64,000 nt of DNA from Klebsiella phage vB_KpnM_KB57. The stretch is taken from the sequence record NC_028659.1; one strand, given 5' to 3'. Below the pieces are notes generated by a model. That model ran no database searches, was not told where the DNA came from, and saw only the letters and a program-made list of their open reading frames with translations. The translations under genes were made by a program, and so were the position numbers. Below, piece after piece: positions 19,451 through 28,852 of this stretch; within the stretch, counting starts at the first letter, position 1; every line of letters starts with the position of its first letter.

Positions 19451-20351
19451 CGACAAAAAGAATTACTTTGGCTTTGGCGGTGGTTTTGGTGGGGAAGGTT
19501 CTTTCTGCTATCCAATGCCCTCTCATGAGCATGTGATCTATATTCATGATTTGGATTATATGGAAGATCATTTCAATAAATTGCAACAAATACGCCAAGC
19601 CAACCCAGACGATATGGTGCGTGTTATCATCAACACTTACGGTGGACGTGTAGATATCGCAATGGCTTATGTTAGTGCGATGCGCGAGAGTCAAGCAACT
19701 GTAGTTACCCATGCAGAGGGGCAGGTGTGTTCTGCTGGAACAATCTTATGGCTGGCTTCTAAAGAGCGAACTGTCGCCCCAATGACGGAATTTATGTTCC
19801 ATAACTATCAGGGCGGGGCATTTGGTGATGGGGCTAATATTTATACCCAGGTGCTGTTCTATAAACAACACTTCGATCGCTTAATCGATTATTTCTACAA
19901 AGGTGTATTGACCGACGGGGAGATCAACACAATCAAAGGTGGTGGGCAGGTGTGGCTGGATGAAGTTGAGATCACGAAACGAACCCGCGCAGTGATTTTG
20001 GATGATAAAAATATCGAAAGGATGAAATCCGGTAAAAATCCGATCGTAACCCCTGTTGGTGTGAAAGATACCCAGAAAGAGGACACTGTTACTGGAGATC
20101 CTGACCGCAGTGTTGTCCTGAAGGTACATGTCGATGGTGAGACTTTCTCGTTGGATGTGAGAAACCTGAAGGCCTCTGATTTCGATATCTTCAACATCGA
20201 TGAGCTGCAAAGCATTCTGTCACAGGTTGGGGCTATTGCACAAGGAGAAGAAAAGGCACTGGAGATTACCTCTCGTGATCGCCAAGCACTAATCGAAGCT
20301 CTCCTGACCGCAGGTGAAGTTATCATCGATACCTTTGGGAATGCCGAGTAA
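19440..20351 (+). CDS. ClpP-like serine protease (S14 family)
   Basis: INTYGGRVD...GQVCSAGT...FHNYQGG blocks match the ClpP Ser/His catalytic regions. Confidence 0.6.
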   Translation: MQNNDKKNYFGFGGGFGGEGSFCYPMPSHEHVIYIHDLDYMEDHFNKLQQIRQANPDDMVRVIINTYGGRVDIAMAYVSAMRESQATVVTHAEGQVCSAGTILWLASKERTVAPMTEFMFHNYQGGAFGDGANIYTQVLFYKQHFDRLIDYFYKGVLTDGEINTIKGGGQVWLDEVEITKRTRAVILDDKNIERMKSGKNPIVTPVGVKDTQKEDTVTGDPDRSVVLKVHVDGETFSLDVRNLKASDFDIFNIDELQSILSQVGAIAQGEEKALEITSRDRQALIEALLTAGEVIIDTFGNAE

Positions 20352-21034
20352 TGAGTGCCCCCCTGAAGAAAAAGGGGGAACGTAGGGATTATGACGTCTA
20401 TGAGACTCCTGAATGGGCCGTACAGGCCCTTTTGGATGTTATCCCTATCAATCCCTCATGGACATACCTAGAGCCTTGTAGAGCGTCTGGGAGGTTCTAT
20501 AATCATATGCCTCTCGGTTCGGCTTGGGGTGAAATTCGTGAAGGTGTAGATTATCTCAATACCTATTATCCAAATCATGTTGATTGCATCATCACCAACC
20601 CGCCATATTCGTTGGCCCAAGAGTTTGTGACAAAAGCACTTGACGATGCAGATGTCGTGATTATGCTTTTGCGGTTAGGGTTCCTTGAGAGCATGAAGCG
20701 ATGGGAATGGTGGCAAGAGAATCCTATTACCAGTCTGATGGTGTTGTCTCAAAGACCATCGTTTACTGAAGATGGTAAAACAGACGGAAGTGGTTACGCT
20801 TACTTTATTTGGGACCGTAAGAACAGGCTGAATCTTAAGCCATTTTATTTTTTGGAGGGACAAGACGATGAGTGCCGCAAGCAAGATGCGAGGGATCGCA
20901 GAAATCGCAAACGCAGCAATCCCGCCCGAGATGAACCAGTTGTACGACAACATGGTGGAGGGGATTCACCAATGTGCCAAGAAGGGACTTTTGGGGATGG
21001 GGATGGTGATAGACCTGCCGGATCACCTGCTTGA
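20351..21034 (+). CDS. N6-adenine DNA methyltransferase
   Basis: DCIITNPPYS motif IV; C-terminal ~55 codons overlap ORF 20868-21146 in another frame, so the true 3' end is uncertain. Confidence 0.55.
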   Translation: MSAPLKKKGERRDYDVYETPEWAVQALLDVIPINPSWTYLEPCRASGRFYNHMPLGSAWGEIREGVDYLNTYYPNHVDCIITNPPYSLAQEFVTKALDDADVVIMLLRLGFLESMKRWEWWQENPITSLMVLSQRPSFTEDGKTDGSGYAYFIWDRKNRLNLKPFYFLEGQDDECRKQDARDRRNRKRSNPARDEPVVRQHGGGDSPMCQEGTFGDGDGDRPAGSPA

Positions 21035-21146
21035 TTATTTGCCTCATATTATTGCTGATCTTCGTGGTGGAGGTTTCGAGGTTGATGTCGTAGAAGTTGA
21101 ACCCTCTATGCAAGGTATTAGAGCACGATTGTATATTACATGGTAA
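20868..21146 (+). CDS. hypothetical protein
   Basis: GGAGGG RBS then ATG 20868; followed by a strong terminator. Confidence 0.45.
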   Translation: MSAASKMRGIAEIANAAIPPEMNQLYDNMVEGIHQCAKKGLLGMGMVIDLPDHLLDYLPHIIADLRGGGFEVDVVEVEPSMQGIRARLYITW

Positions 21147-21168
21147 ACCCGCTTCGGCGGGTTTTTTC
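21145..21168 (+). terminator. intrinsic terminator
   Basis: AAACCCGCTTCGGCGGGTTT hairpin plus T-run. Confidence 0.7.
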
Positions 21169-21229
21169 GTTTTTGTACTTGACTCCCTGCACAGCTTCAA
21201 TTATGCTTCTTGTATTAGAGGAGATTGCT

Positions 21230-21511
21230 ATGAAATTCTACATTTATCACCGCCCTATGCATACCATCAAATTCAAAGAGTACATGGGTGACCTGATCCA
21301 TGTTTCTTGTGAAGAGAAGGATTTTAGCCCGGATGGGGAACAATGGAAAATTAAACGTTGCAATCGTCCTGAGGCTGTGTATAATCGATTGAACAAAATG
21401 CTAGCTTCTGGCGGCGTCCCTTCAGATGGTATTTACCCATTGTCTGACAAACGCTCGCTTAAGGATCTACTTTCTTATATGAACTCTTGGGAGAAATACA
21501 ATGACCAATAA
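21230..21511 (+). CDS. hypothetical protein
   Basis: ATG 21230 after GGAGATTG; the upstream part of the track ORF spans the terminator. Confidence 0.45.
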   Translation: MKFYIYHRPMHTIKFKEYMGDLIHVSCEEKDFSPDGEQWKIKRCNRPEAVYNRLNKMLASGGVPSDGIYPLSDKRSLKDLLSYMNSWEKYNDQ

Positions 21512-21809
21512 AACTTATACCGTTATTAAAGACCTGTGTAATGAAACTGTGGGAACACCATCTACTGTTGGACAAAGGGTAACAACAGTCGTAGCAATCC
21601 CTGCCGGGACAGAAGTGGCTGTGTATTCCGATGATACGTTGTGCGGGACCTCACGCACTCTTCGGGATGTTTACTTAACCACGGGAGGAGGATCAAGAAC
21701 TTCAAGATTCGGTCAGATTGTTGATCGTACCTTTGTTGTCCGTATTGGCAATGACATGTACGAAGGTAATGATGTATATTCAGCAGAAGAGCTGGGGATT
21801 ACTGAATGA
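21501..21809 (+). CDS. hypothetical protein
   Basis: 102-aa ORF. Confidence 0.45.
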   Translation: MTNKTYTVIKDLCNETVGTPSTVGQRVTTVVAIPAGTEVAVYSDDTLCGTSRTLRDVYLTTGGGSRTSRFGQIVDRTFVVRIGNDMYEGNDVYSAEELGITE

Positions 21810-22090
21810 ATCTTTACGCAAAGCTTACTAACCCGAATGCGGGTTGGCCTTATGATGAGAAACGAGCAAAAGAGTTTTTGAAAACTCATGATGAGGAAGA
21901 AATTCTCTCGGTGCTTGAAGTCGCTATTGGTCGTAGCAGCACAGCCATAACTCTTAATGAGCATGGAAACGGCTGGAACAGTGTTCAGTTTACATTTTTC
22001 GTTGAGGGTGAAAATGGTCTTGAAGAGTACGATATCTTCATGAATAGAAACAATCTTCCCCAAATTTATAAAACTTACGTGATGTGGTGA
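21806..22090 (+). CDS. hypothetical protein
   Basis: 94-aa ORF. Confidence 0.45.
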   Translation: MNLYAKLTNPNAGWPYDEKRAKEFLKTHDEEEILSVLEVAIGRSSTAITLNEHGNGWNSVQFTFFVEGENGLEEYDIFMNRNNLPQIYKTYVMW

Positions 22091-22094
22091 GACT

Positions 22095-22361
22095 ATGAAA
22101 GTAACTGCATTTGTGAAATATGATCTGTATCCGTATTACACTGTTGTTTTGGGTGATCTGCAAGAGAATTTTGATGTGAAAACGGCATCTGGCACATACA
22201 GTCACGAAAAGGTCCTCCATGTGAGGCCGTCACATGAGATAGATGGTCATAGGAATACCCTTATTTCCATTAAAAAAGACCACGATCTTCTTTTACGGAA
22301 ATTAAAGGTTGACTTGTTGAAGAAGAACGGTATACACTTCATCAACACAGACAATTTCTAA
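22095..22361 (+). CDS. hypothetical protein
   Basis: 88-aa ORF. Confidence 0.45.
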   Translation: MKVTAFVKYDLYPYYTVVLGDLQENFDVKTASGTYSHEKVLHVRPSHEIDGHRNTLISIKKDHDLLLRKLKVDLLKKNGIHFINTDNF

Positions 22362-22370
22362 GGAGAAAAG

Positions 22371-23618
22371 ATGAAAGTATATCTGGTAGGTGGCGCTGTT
22401 CGTGATGGTCTGCTGGGTCGTCCAGTTCATGACCGTGATTACGTGGTTGTGGGTGCAACACACGAAGAGATGATTGAAAAAGGTTTCACCCAGGTTGGCG
22501 CTGCTTTCCCGGTGTACTTGCATCCTGAAACCAAAGAAGAATACGCACTGGCCCGTACTGAGCGTAAAACTGGTGAAGGCCATACTGGCTTTGAGACCTT
22601 CTTCAGCCCGGATGTAACTCTGGAAGAGGATTTATCGCGTCGTGACCTGACGATCAATGCGATGGCTAAAGACATGGAGACAGGATTTATCATTGACCCG
22701 TTCAATGGTATGCATGACCTGTCGAATATGATTCTTCGTCATACTACGTCGGCGTTCATGGATGACCCTCTGCGTATTCTGCGTCTTTTCCGTCTTAAGT
22801 CGCAGTTGGGTGAGAGTTGGTCTGTTGACCATAAAACATACACACTTATGTTTAATAATCGTCACCGTCTTGCGGAGATTAGCCCTGAGCGGAAATGGAA
22901 AGAAATGGAAAAGGCCTTAAATTCCAAAAACTTCCATAATTACGCCTACCACATGTCGATTATGGGCGAACTTCCAGAACTGGATGCCCTACGTGGAGTA
23001 GAGCAGCCACCAGAACATCACCCTGAGGGAGACGCTTTCATTCATACGTTGATGTGTCTGCAACAGGCCGATAAAACCTTTTGCTCTCCTCAGGTGAAAT
23101 TTGCGGTGCTGTGTCATGACTTTGGAAAGGCGATCACTTTCCGTAAGTACGGTAATCTTCTCGGTCATGAAGAGGCGGGTCTTGACCCTGTGCGGACGCT
23201 GTGCAGTCGAATTCGAGTTCCTAACGAATTCAGGGATATTGCACTGTACGTGACAGAGCACCATACTCGTGTGCATTGCATTTTGGGCCGTGGGAATAAT
23301 AAAGGAATCAAGCCCCGTTCCATGATGAAGCTTTTCGAGGCCGCAGGTAACGTGGCTAGTCAGAAGACACAGGATAAGGTGTTTTCCTTAGCAGACGCCT
23401 GTTTCTGCGATGCCCGTGGTCGTGGTGCCGCCCACGCAGACAAGGAATACCCTCAAGGAAAAATTCTCCTTGATGCTTTCGAGGCAGTTGTAAATATGGA
23501 CAGCAAGGCGGTATCTTCCGCAATGCTGGAGAAAGGCAAAAGCGGTAAGGAGATCGGTGAGGCGATCCGTGTTGCACGTATCGATGCAATCCGTAATGTT
23601 CTTAAGGAGAGATCATGA
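22371..23618 (+). CDS. cca: CCA-adding tRNA nucleotidyltransferase (class II NTase head + HD domain)
   Basis: YLVGGAVRDGLLGRPVHDRDYVV head motif; HD-like region later in the protein. Confidence 0.85.
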   Translation: MKVYLVGGAVRDGLLGRPVHDRDYVVVGATHEEMIEKGFTQVGAAFPVYLHPETKEEYALARTERKTGEGHTGFETFFSPDVTLEEDLSRRDLTINAMAKDMETGFIIDPFNGMHDLSNMILRHTTSAFMDDPLRILRLFRLKSQLGESWSVDHKTYTLMFNNRHRLAEISPERKWKEMEKALNSKNFHNYAYHMSIMGELPELDALRGVEQPPEHHPEGDAFIHTLMCLQQADKTFCSPQVKFAVLCHDFGKAITFRKYGNLLGHEEAGLDPVRTLCSRIRVPNEFRDIALYVTEHHTRVHCILGRGNNKGIKPRSMMKLFEAAGNVASQKTQDKVFSLADACFCDARGRGAAHADKEYPQGKILLDAFEAVVNMDSKAVSSAMLEKGKSGKEIGEAIRVARIDAIRNVLKERS

Positions 23619-24073
23619 AACTTGTAAGTCACGAAGACTTTAACCTGTGGTGGATAAGACGCTCTCCAAAGAATACTATAGACGCGAAGGCAGAGTATGC
23701 TCGACTTGTGGCGAGATGTGATTACCCGGCTTGGGAATTCCTTAAGTTCTTGGAAAAAGAGGCGAGCAACTTTAGGACCAGAAATGAAGGGAAAAGGAAA
23801 TTTCTTGTGTGGAAAAATGGAGAGCTTCCTTTCCGCATAGAGAAGGTGGAAATCTTCGATATAACTGAGTATGGGACTGATCACGCAATCAGCTTCAAAG
23901 GAATTTCTTGGGCTACTCTGTTTGAGAGAACGCTGCTCAACCATGCGTTAGCAAGACTTTTCAACCTGGCAGACAGGCTCACGGAAAAAGATGAAAAACT
24001 GCTTGAACTTGAGTCTTTCAAACAGACCAGGAATGAACTTGGGAATTGGCTGGAGGAGCAGAATAATGCCTAA
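23615..24073 (+). CDS. hypothetical protein
   Basis: 152-aa ORF. Confidence 0.45.
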   Translation: MKLVSHEDFNLWWIRRSPKNTIDAKAEYARLVARCDYPAWEFLKFLEKEASNFRTRNEGKRKFLVWKNGELPFRIEKVEIFDITEYGTDHAISFKGISWATLFERTLLNHALARLFNLADRLTEKDEKLLELESFKQTRNELGNWLEEQNNA

Positions 24074-24275
24074 GGACAAAGAAGAGTACACCTACGAGAA
24101 ACATCATTTCTTTCTGGACAAACATGCAGGGAAGCAAGTTTGTGCATGGTGCGGTTTAGTAGTCCTGCGTAACAAGGCCACAGACTGGTGTATCGAAAAA
24201 GGTTGTAATTATCGCTTGCATCCAAGCTACAAGGGTGCTATGTTTAAATACACAGAGTTCTTCAAAAAAGGATAG
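24066..24275 (+). CDS. hypothetical Cys-containing small protein
   Basis: ATG 24066 within track ORF 23991-24275. Confidence 0.4.
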   Translation: MPKDKEEYTYEKHHFFLDKHAGKQVCAWCGLVVLRNKATDWCIEKGCNYRLHPSYKGAMFKYTEFFKKG

Positions 24276-24279
24276 AAAA

Positions 24280-24591
24280 ATGAATTATATCGACGATGTT
24301 GTACTTCCTGTATGGAGATTTATCTTTAATAACGCATTCTTGCTTATGTTCGTGTTCAGCCTCCTGGCTGGGCTGGGGATTGGTATCAGTTACCGGGCAG
24401 AAGATGATACTATCTGGTACAAGTATGGCCTGCCAGCTTGCCTTGCGGTTATGTGTGGATTATTCCTTCCAGTAATTATTGCAATAGGTGTGCTACTGCT
24501 CCCTATTCTTGTGCTTGCTGCGGGGGTTGCTATCTTGGCATTAGGGGCATTCCTTCTTGGTAAGTTTTTGAAAGAAAGGAAAGAAAAATGA
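24280..24591 (+). CDS. membrane protein
   Basis: ATG 24280; multiple TM helices. Confidence 0.45.
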   Translation: MNYIDDVVLPVWRFIFNNAFLLMFVFSLLAGLGIGISYRAEDDTIWYKYGLPACLAVMCGLFLPVIIAIGVLLLPILVLAAGVAILALGAFLLGKFLKERKEK

Positions 24592-24803
24592 TTTTTGCCA
24601 TTATTTATATTGTTCTCGGTATCATCACAGCAGTGGCGATAATTTATCACATCCTTCGTGAACAAGATTTACTGAGGGTCGAAGATATTTTAATTTCCCT
24701 GATCTGTGGTGTTTTTTGGTGGTTAGCTATTTTATGCGCTATTTGTGGTTGGGTAGGGAAGCATCTGAATAGCAGGACAGTTGTGTATAGGAGAAAGAAA
24801 TAA
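24588..24803 (+). CDS. small membrane protein
   Basis: 71 aa, two TM helices. Confidence 0.45.
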   Translation: MIFAIIYIVLGIITAVAIIYHILREQDLLRVEDILISLICGVFWWLAILCAICGWVGKHLNSRTVVYRRKK

Positions 24804-25294
24804 TGAAGACACGCATGTATTGCGTAGTAAATCAGTATATTGCAGGTATCCATGCCGGAATTCAGTCTGCTCATGCCATGACAGAAGTGTTCTTAGACTA
24901 CCCACAGCGTAGGAACAAGGCCAGCAACCTTCTGTGGGACTGGGCGGATAGCGATAAGACGATGATCGTCCTTAATGGTGGTTACCAGTCAAACTTACAG
25001 GACCTTTGCTCAAAATTGAGTATTCTCAGCGGCACTTACCCGTGGGCCTTTTTCTGTGAAGAACACGATGCTCTCAACGGAGCAATGACAGCAGTTGCTG
25101 TTGTGCTGCCGGAGTATATGTACAACCCACAATACATGGAAGTTACGGATCTCGTATACCGACCAGGCCAACTCGTGGGGCCGCAGATTGCTAACCAGTA
25201 CCGTGACGAGCTGGGTAATGTGATCCACAACTACACCCAGACAGAGAAAGACCTGATCACCATGATCAAATCTTTCCGCCTGAAAGGAGAATAG
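24803..25294 (+). CDS. PTH2-family peptidyl-tRNA hydrolase-like protein
   Basis: GIHAGIQSAHAM resembles the PTH2 GKIAAQCSHAA block. Confidence 0.4.
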   Translation: MKTRMYCVVNQYIAGIHAGIQSAHAMTEVFLDYPQRRNKASNLLWDWADSDKTMIVLNGGYQSNLQDLCSKLSILSGTYPWAFFCEEHDALNGAMTAVAVVLPEYMYNPQYMEVTDLVYRPGQLVGPQIANQYRDELGNVIHNYTQTEKDLITMIKSFRLKGE

Positions 25295-25295
25295 C

Positions 25296-25670
25296 ATGAA
25301 CGATGTCCGTGGCGACACACTTAAGGTAGGTGACTCTGTTTACATCTATTTCGGGTACAATGAGCTGAAGCCTGGCATTGTAAAAGAGATCCGTGGTAAG
25401 ATGGCTAAGGTATTGGTTGATGCATACCCAAACCGGGAAGATGATGAAGACCGATATTCTTTGTCTAAGTGGAAACCTGGTATCTGCATGATCAAGGCGG
25501 AAGAGCCTACTGGTTATTATCCAGATGAGGTGATCCTTCTGCTTGAAGAGATCCGCCGTCTGCGTGACGAAGCTCCGATGAATAAAGATGGTCTGCCCAC
25601 AAAGCAACTGTGTCAGGGCCTCCTGAACTTTTGGGATATGAAACGCCCGATGAAACTGGTAACCTCCTAA
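25296..25670 (+). CDS. hypothetical protein
   Basis: 124-aa ORF. Confidence 0.45.
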   Translation: MNDVRGDTLKVGDSVYIYFGYNELKPGIVKEIRGKMAKVLVDAYPNREDDEDRYSLSKWKPGICMIKAEEPTGYYPDEVILLLEEIRRLRDEAPMNKDGLPTKQLCQGLLNFWDMKRPMKLVTS

Positions 25671-25676
25671 GGAGAG

Positions 25677-26750
25677 ATGATGGAAAATTTCGAAGTGATG
25701 CGATGCCACTCAGGAAGTTTGGCTTATGGCACAAATCTGCCAACTAGTGATGTGGATATCCGGGGTCTGTTCTGCGCCCCTCCTAAATTCATTCGCACAC
25801 CGTTCTTTAACATTAAAGAGCAAACACTGGAAGACGAAGAGGATGGAAAGATTTATGAGCTGACAAACTTCATGAAGTTGTTTGCTGAGATGAATCCTAA
25901 CATTATCGAGCTGATGTTTGTCGATGATGTGGATATCCTGCAAACCTCCGAAGTTTATGAATACCTACGCACAATGGCTCCGGCGCTGCTGACAAGTAAG
26001 GTCGCATTTTCCTTCTCTGGCTATGCGATGGCACAGCTTAAGCGTATTCGCGGTCATGATAAGTGGATCAGCAATCCTCAGCCAGAGGCAAAGCCTACGC
26101 AAAAGGAGTTCTTCCGCTTAGTTCACAACTATAGTGAGAACGAGTTCCTTGCTGGGGCAATTAAACATGATCGTTTCATGGAAGCAATGAACAATCTCAA
26201 CGATATGTGTATCCTTGTGCCTTATGGGAATGATATCTACGGGGTGATGGAAAACTTCAGCAGCTCAGGGATGTTCAATGCTGACGGTTCAATTCGCCAT
26301 GTTGACTATCAGCAACTTTCTGACTCCGACAAGCGGAGAAAACCTGTCTTTATTGTCAAATATTTGGCAGAGGAACACAAACAGGCCAAAGAGAAGCATC
26401 GTAACTATTGGACATGGAAACAGAACCGAAATGAAGTTCGTCACCAACTCGAAGTTGATTTTGGTTATGACACGAAACATGCGATGCACCTTGTACGCCT
26501 GATGCGTATGGCAGAAGAGATTCTTTCTGATGGGAAGGTCCTCGTGAAGCGTCCTGATGCTCAGGAACTTCTCGATATCCGGGCGGGTAAGTGGACGCTT
26601 GATGAGCTACTCTCATGGGCTGATGAGAAGGATCGCTATATCCGTGAGGATTTGTACAAAAAGACACAGCTTCCTAAAATGGCGGATCTCGACCTGTTTG
26701 CTAGGGTTCTCATGACGGCTCAGGATATGTGTTGGAGTAAACTGGTATGA
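25677..26750 (+). CDS. Pol-beta superfamily nucleotidyltransferase (RlaP/CD-NTase-like)
   Basis: hG[GS]x10DxD core: HSGSLAYGTNLPTSDVDIRGLF, with a downstream acidic VDDVDI. Confidence 0.55.
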   Translation: MMENFEVMRCHSGSLAYGTNLPTSDVDIRGLFCAPPKFIRTPFFNIKEQTLEDEEDGKIYELTNFMKLFAEMNPNIIELMFVDDVDILQTSEVYEYLRTMAPALLTSKVAFSFSGYAMAQLKRIRGHDKWISNPQPEAKPTQKEFFRLVHNYSENEFLAGAIKHDRFMEAMNNLNDMCILVPYGNDIYGVMENFSSSGMFNADGSIRHVDYQQLSDSDKRRKPVFIVKYLAEEHKQAKEKHRNYWTWKQNRNEVRHQLEVDFGYDTKHAMHLVRLMRMAEEILSDGKVLVKRPDAQELLDIRAGKWTLDELLSWADEKDRYIREDLYKKTQLPKMADLDLFARVLMTAQDMCWSKLV

Positions 26751-26959
26751 TTGAAGCGCTGGTAGGAATATTTGGTGTTGCATATTCAATCATAGCCGTG
26801 GTATACTCAATCAGTATGGAAAAGGACACAGTCCTGAAGCAAATCTATAAGGCCAAGACGGATCGGGATTGGTCTGAAATTTGTTTTGCCATCGGTTTTG
26901 CATGGCCCTTCGGGGCCTTAATCCACTATGTTATGAGGAGAAGAAATGCGACAGCTTGA
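26747..26959 (+). CDS. small membrane protein
   Basis: 70 aa, two TM helices. Confidence 0.45.
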   Translation: MIEALVGIFGVAYSIIAVVYSISMEKDTVLKQIYKAKTDRDWSEICFAIGFAWPFGALIHYVMRRRNATA

Positions 26960-27122
26960 GTTTATGGGTAGAATGGTAGAACTGATTTCCGAATGGCAAT
27001 CAGAATATAAAATGCACAGGAATCTCTCCGAAGAGCCTGAGAACTGGCCCGACACCAGAGATCAGGAAGATTGGTTGGAGGATTTCTTTGTTTGGCTACA
27101 ATGTAAGGGGTATACAGTATGA
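26946..27122 (+). CDS. hypothetical small protein (58 aa)
   Basis: GAGGAGAAGAA RBS then ATG 26946; ATGA overlap with next gene; not in track. Confidence 0.4.
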   Translation: MRQLEFMGRMVELISEWQSEYKMHRNLSEEPENWPDTRDQEDWLEDFFVWLQCKGYTV

Positions 27123-27349
27123 GTTATGGTCTTCTCACTCCAGAACAGGCAAAGATTATGAGAGAAAGATACTATGCCCAGCAAGGCATCGAGAAAGTTG
27201 TATGGCCTTCTTCCGGTGATACCGGAACTGTGAAGTGCTTGCATGACTCTTGTCCGAGTTGTGGTGGCACTGGTGTTAGAAAAGATGGCACGGGTTTATG
27301 CTTCCACGGCATCTCTTGTCCTTGTCCAAAGTGCAGTTTTAAGTGCTGA
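27119..27349 (+). CDS. Cys-rich small protein (zinc-ribbon-like)
   Basis: CPSCGGTG...CPCPKCSFKC. Confidence 0.45.
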   Translation: MSYGLLTPEQAKIMRERYYAQQGIEKVVWPSSGDTGTVKCLHDSCPSCGGTGVRKDGTGLCFHGISCPCPKCSFKC

Positions 27350-27421
27350 ATCGTCCCTATCTTATATGATAACCCTGTTTTTCATGATAAAATGGATCTA
27401 TCATTAAGATAGGAGGTTAGT

Positions 27422-27901
27422 ATGTTTCAAAAGATTGTACGTGAACACCCTATCCTTCGAGAGCACTGGCATACTCTGCTGGAAAAGGGTTTTATAGAAA
27501 ACTCAAAAGGTTGCATCGCTCTCGTAAGGGAGCCTGTGACAGAAGAACGAGTTCTCGTCATAAGGGATGCCAAAAACGGCATCCTTTTTTCTATCAAAGT
27601 TGGTAGTCTGGACGTCACTAGGGGTTCAAATACCATAAGACCAACAACTTACACTTTTCGTGTTGGAGACATGGGGAAGCTAGATCCAGAACATCTGGAA
27701 GAGGCCTTTGATAGTTATGAAGGGTTCGAAGCCTCTATTCGTGATCTCTATAGATCGTTGGATAGGATTATCAGTGAACACAAGAAAACGCTAGGTGTAA
27801 AATACCGAGTAAAAGACTGGTTCAGAAATTCCAATAACCGCTGGTTTCTTCTGGCGGCAGTTCTCTACGGCCTGTTAACGGTATTTCTGACCTTGCATTA
27901 A
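27422..27901 (+). CDS. hypothetical protein with C-terminal TM
   Basis: 159-aa ORF with RBS AGGAGG. Confidence 0.45.
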   Translation: MFQKIVREHPILREHWHTLLEKGFIENSKGCIALVREPVTEERVLVIRDAKNGILFSIKVGSLDVTRGSNTIRPTTYTFRVGDMGKLDPEHLEEAFDSYEGFEASIRDLYRSLDRIISEHKKTLGVKYRVKDWFRNSNNRWFLLAAVLYGLLTVFLTLH

Positions 27902-27913
27902 GAGGAGATTCTT

Positions 27914-28288
27914 ATGAGAGATCGTCAGGAGTATTATCGTCAGTATGCCGCCCGTCGTCGTGAGATTGACCGTCAACGTCGTTCCACACCGGAAGGTAAA
28001 GCAGAACAACTTCGTATCCGTCTTGCTCGTATTGAAGCAGAGAAACGTGCCACCCTTCATAGTGAGTGGGATGAGTTTGTTAGGGATGAGGCTGATCACT
28101 TGTGCTCTGTTCGTTGTGAAGATACCGGTATTAAGTGGGAACCAGACCATATGTTTCCGCTAAGGGCAACCAAAGTATCCGGCCTTAACTGTGGTGATAA
28201 TATCCAGGTGATACCTGCGACTCTCAACAGGAAGAAGAAAAACCGTATGATTTATACCGAAAGGAATGAATGGTTGAAAGATGTATAG
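27914..28288 (+). CDS. HNH-like endonuclease (putative)
   Basis: EPDHMFPL...GLNCGDNIQVIPATLNRKK resembles an HNH His-Asn box. Confidence 0.4.
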   Translation: MRDRQEYYRQYAARRREIDRQRRSTPEGKAEQLRIRLARIEAEKRATLHSEWDEFVRDEADHLCSVRCEDTGIKWEPDHMFPLRATKVSGLNCGDNIQVIPATLNRKKKNRMIYTERNEWLKDV

Positions 28289-28314
28289 AAGAAACCCGGC
28301 GATTGCCGGGTTTT

Positions 28315-28611
28315 TTATTGACCTTTTGATAGCCTTTCTATCACGAGATGATCTGAATCATCGAGGTGCATCAGGTGATCAACCCGGATATCATGCAGAT
28401 ATGGAAGTCCATCAACGTGGCAAAGAAACCAAGATTCGTTACGAGGGTAATACCCATTTACGCCAAGGACGGTCTTCTCCAGCACAAGACAACGTTTTCC
28501 GTTAAGGATATTATCCTCAGAGAATCCATACAACAGGCAGATTGAATCAACACAAACCTTATGGTCTGGCTCATTACGATCAGGCATACCACTATCTTCT
28601 AATTTCAGCAT
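28315..28611 (-). CDS. hypothetical protein
   Basis: 98-aa minus-strand ORF in the endonuclease island. Confidence 0.4.
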   Translation of the reverse strand: MLKLEDSGMPDRNEPDHKVCVDSICLLYGFSEDNILNGKRCLVLEKTVLGVNGYYPRNESWFLCHVDGLPYLHDIRVDHLMHLDDSDHLVIERLSKGQ

Positions 28612-28844
28612 TTTTTATCTCCAAAGTTAAGTTCACCATTTAGCTTTTGTACACGGTGCGGGAGAATCTCCTCGTACCACCAATCCTTCTCGTGAAGACG
28701 ATAAGACACATAGACCTCTACGGTATCCTCGTCCTTGCGGACAGTCCGGGTAAAGATATCCCGAATGGTTGCTTCGAATTGACCGTCAACAAGGACGACT
28801 TCGTAAATTTTGTACTTATCTTGTTCAAGAACTTGTTCTGACAT
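28605..28844 (-). CDS. hypothetical protein
   Basis: 79-aa ORF. Confidence 0.4.
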   Translation of the reverse strand: MSEQVLEQDKYKIYEVVLVDGQFEATIRDIFTRTVRKDEDTVEVYVSYRLHEKDWWYEEILPHRVQKLNGELNFGDKKC

Positions 28845-28852
28845 TTTATCCC

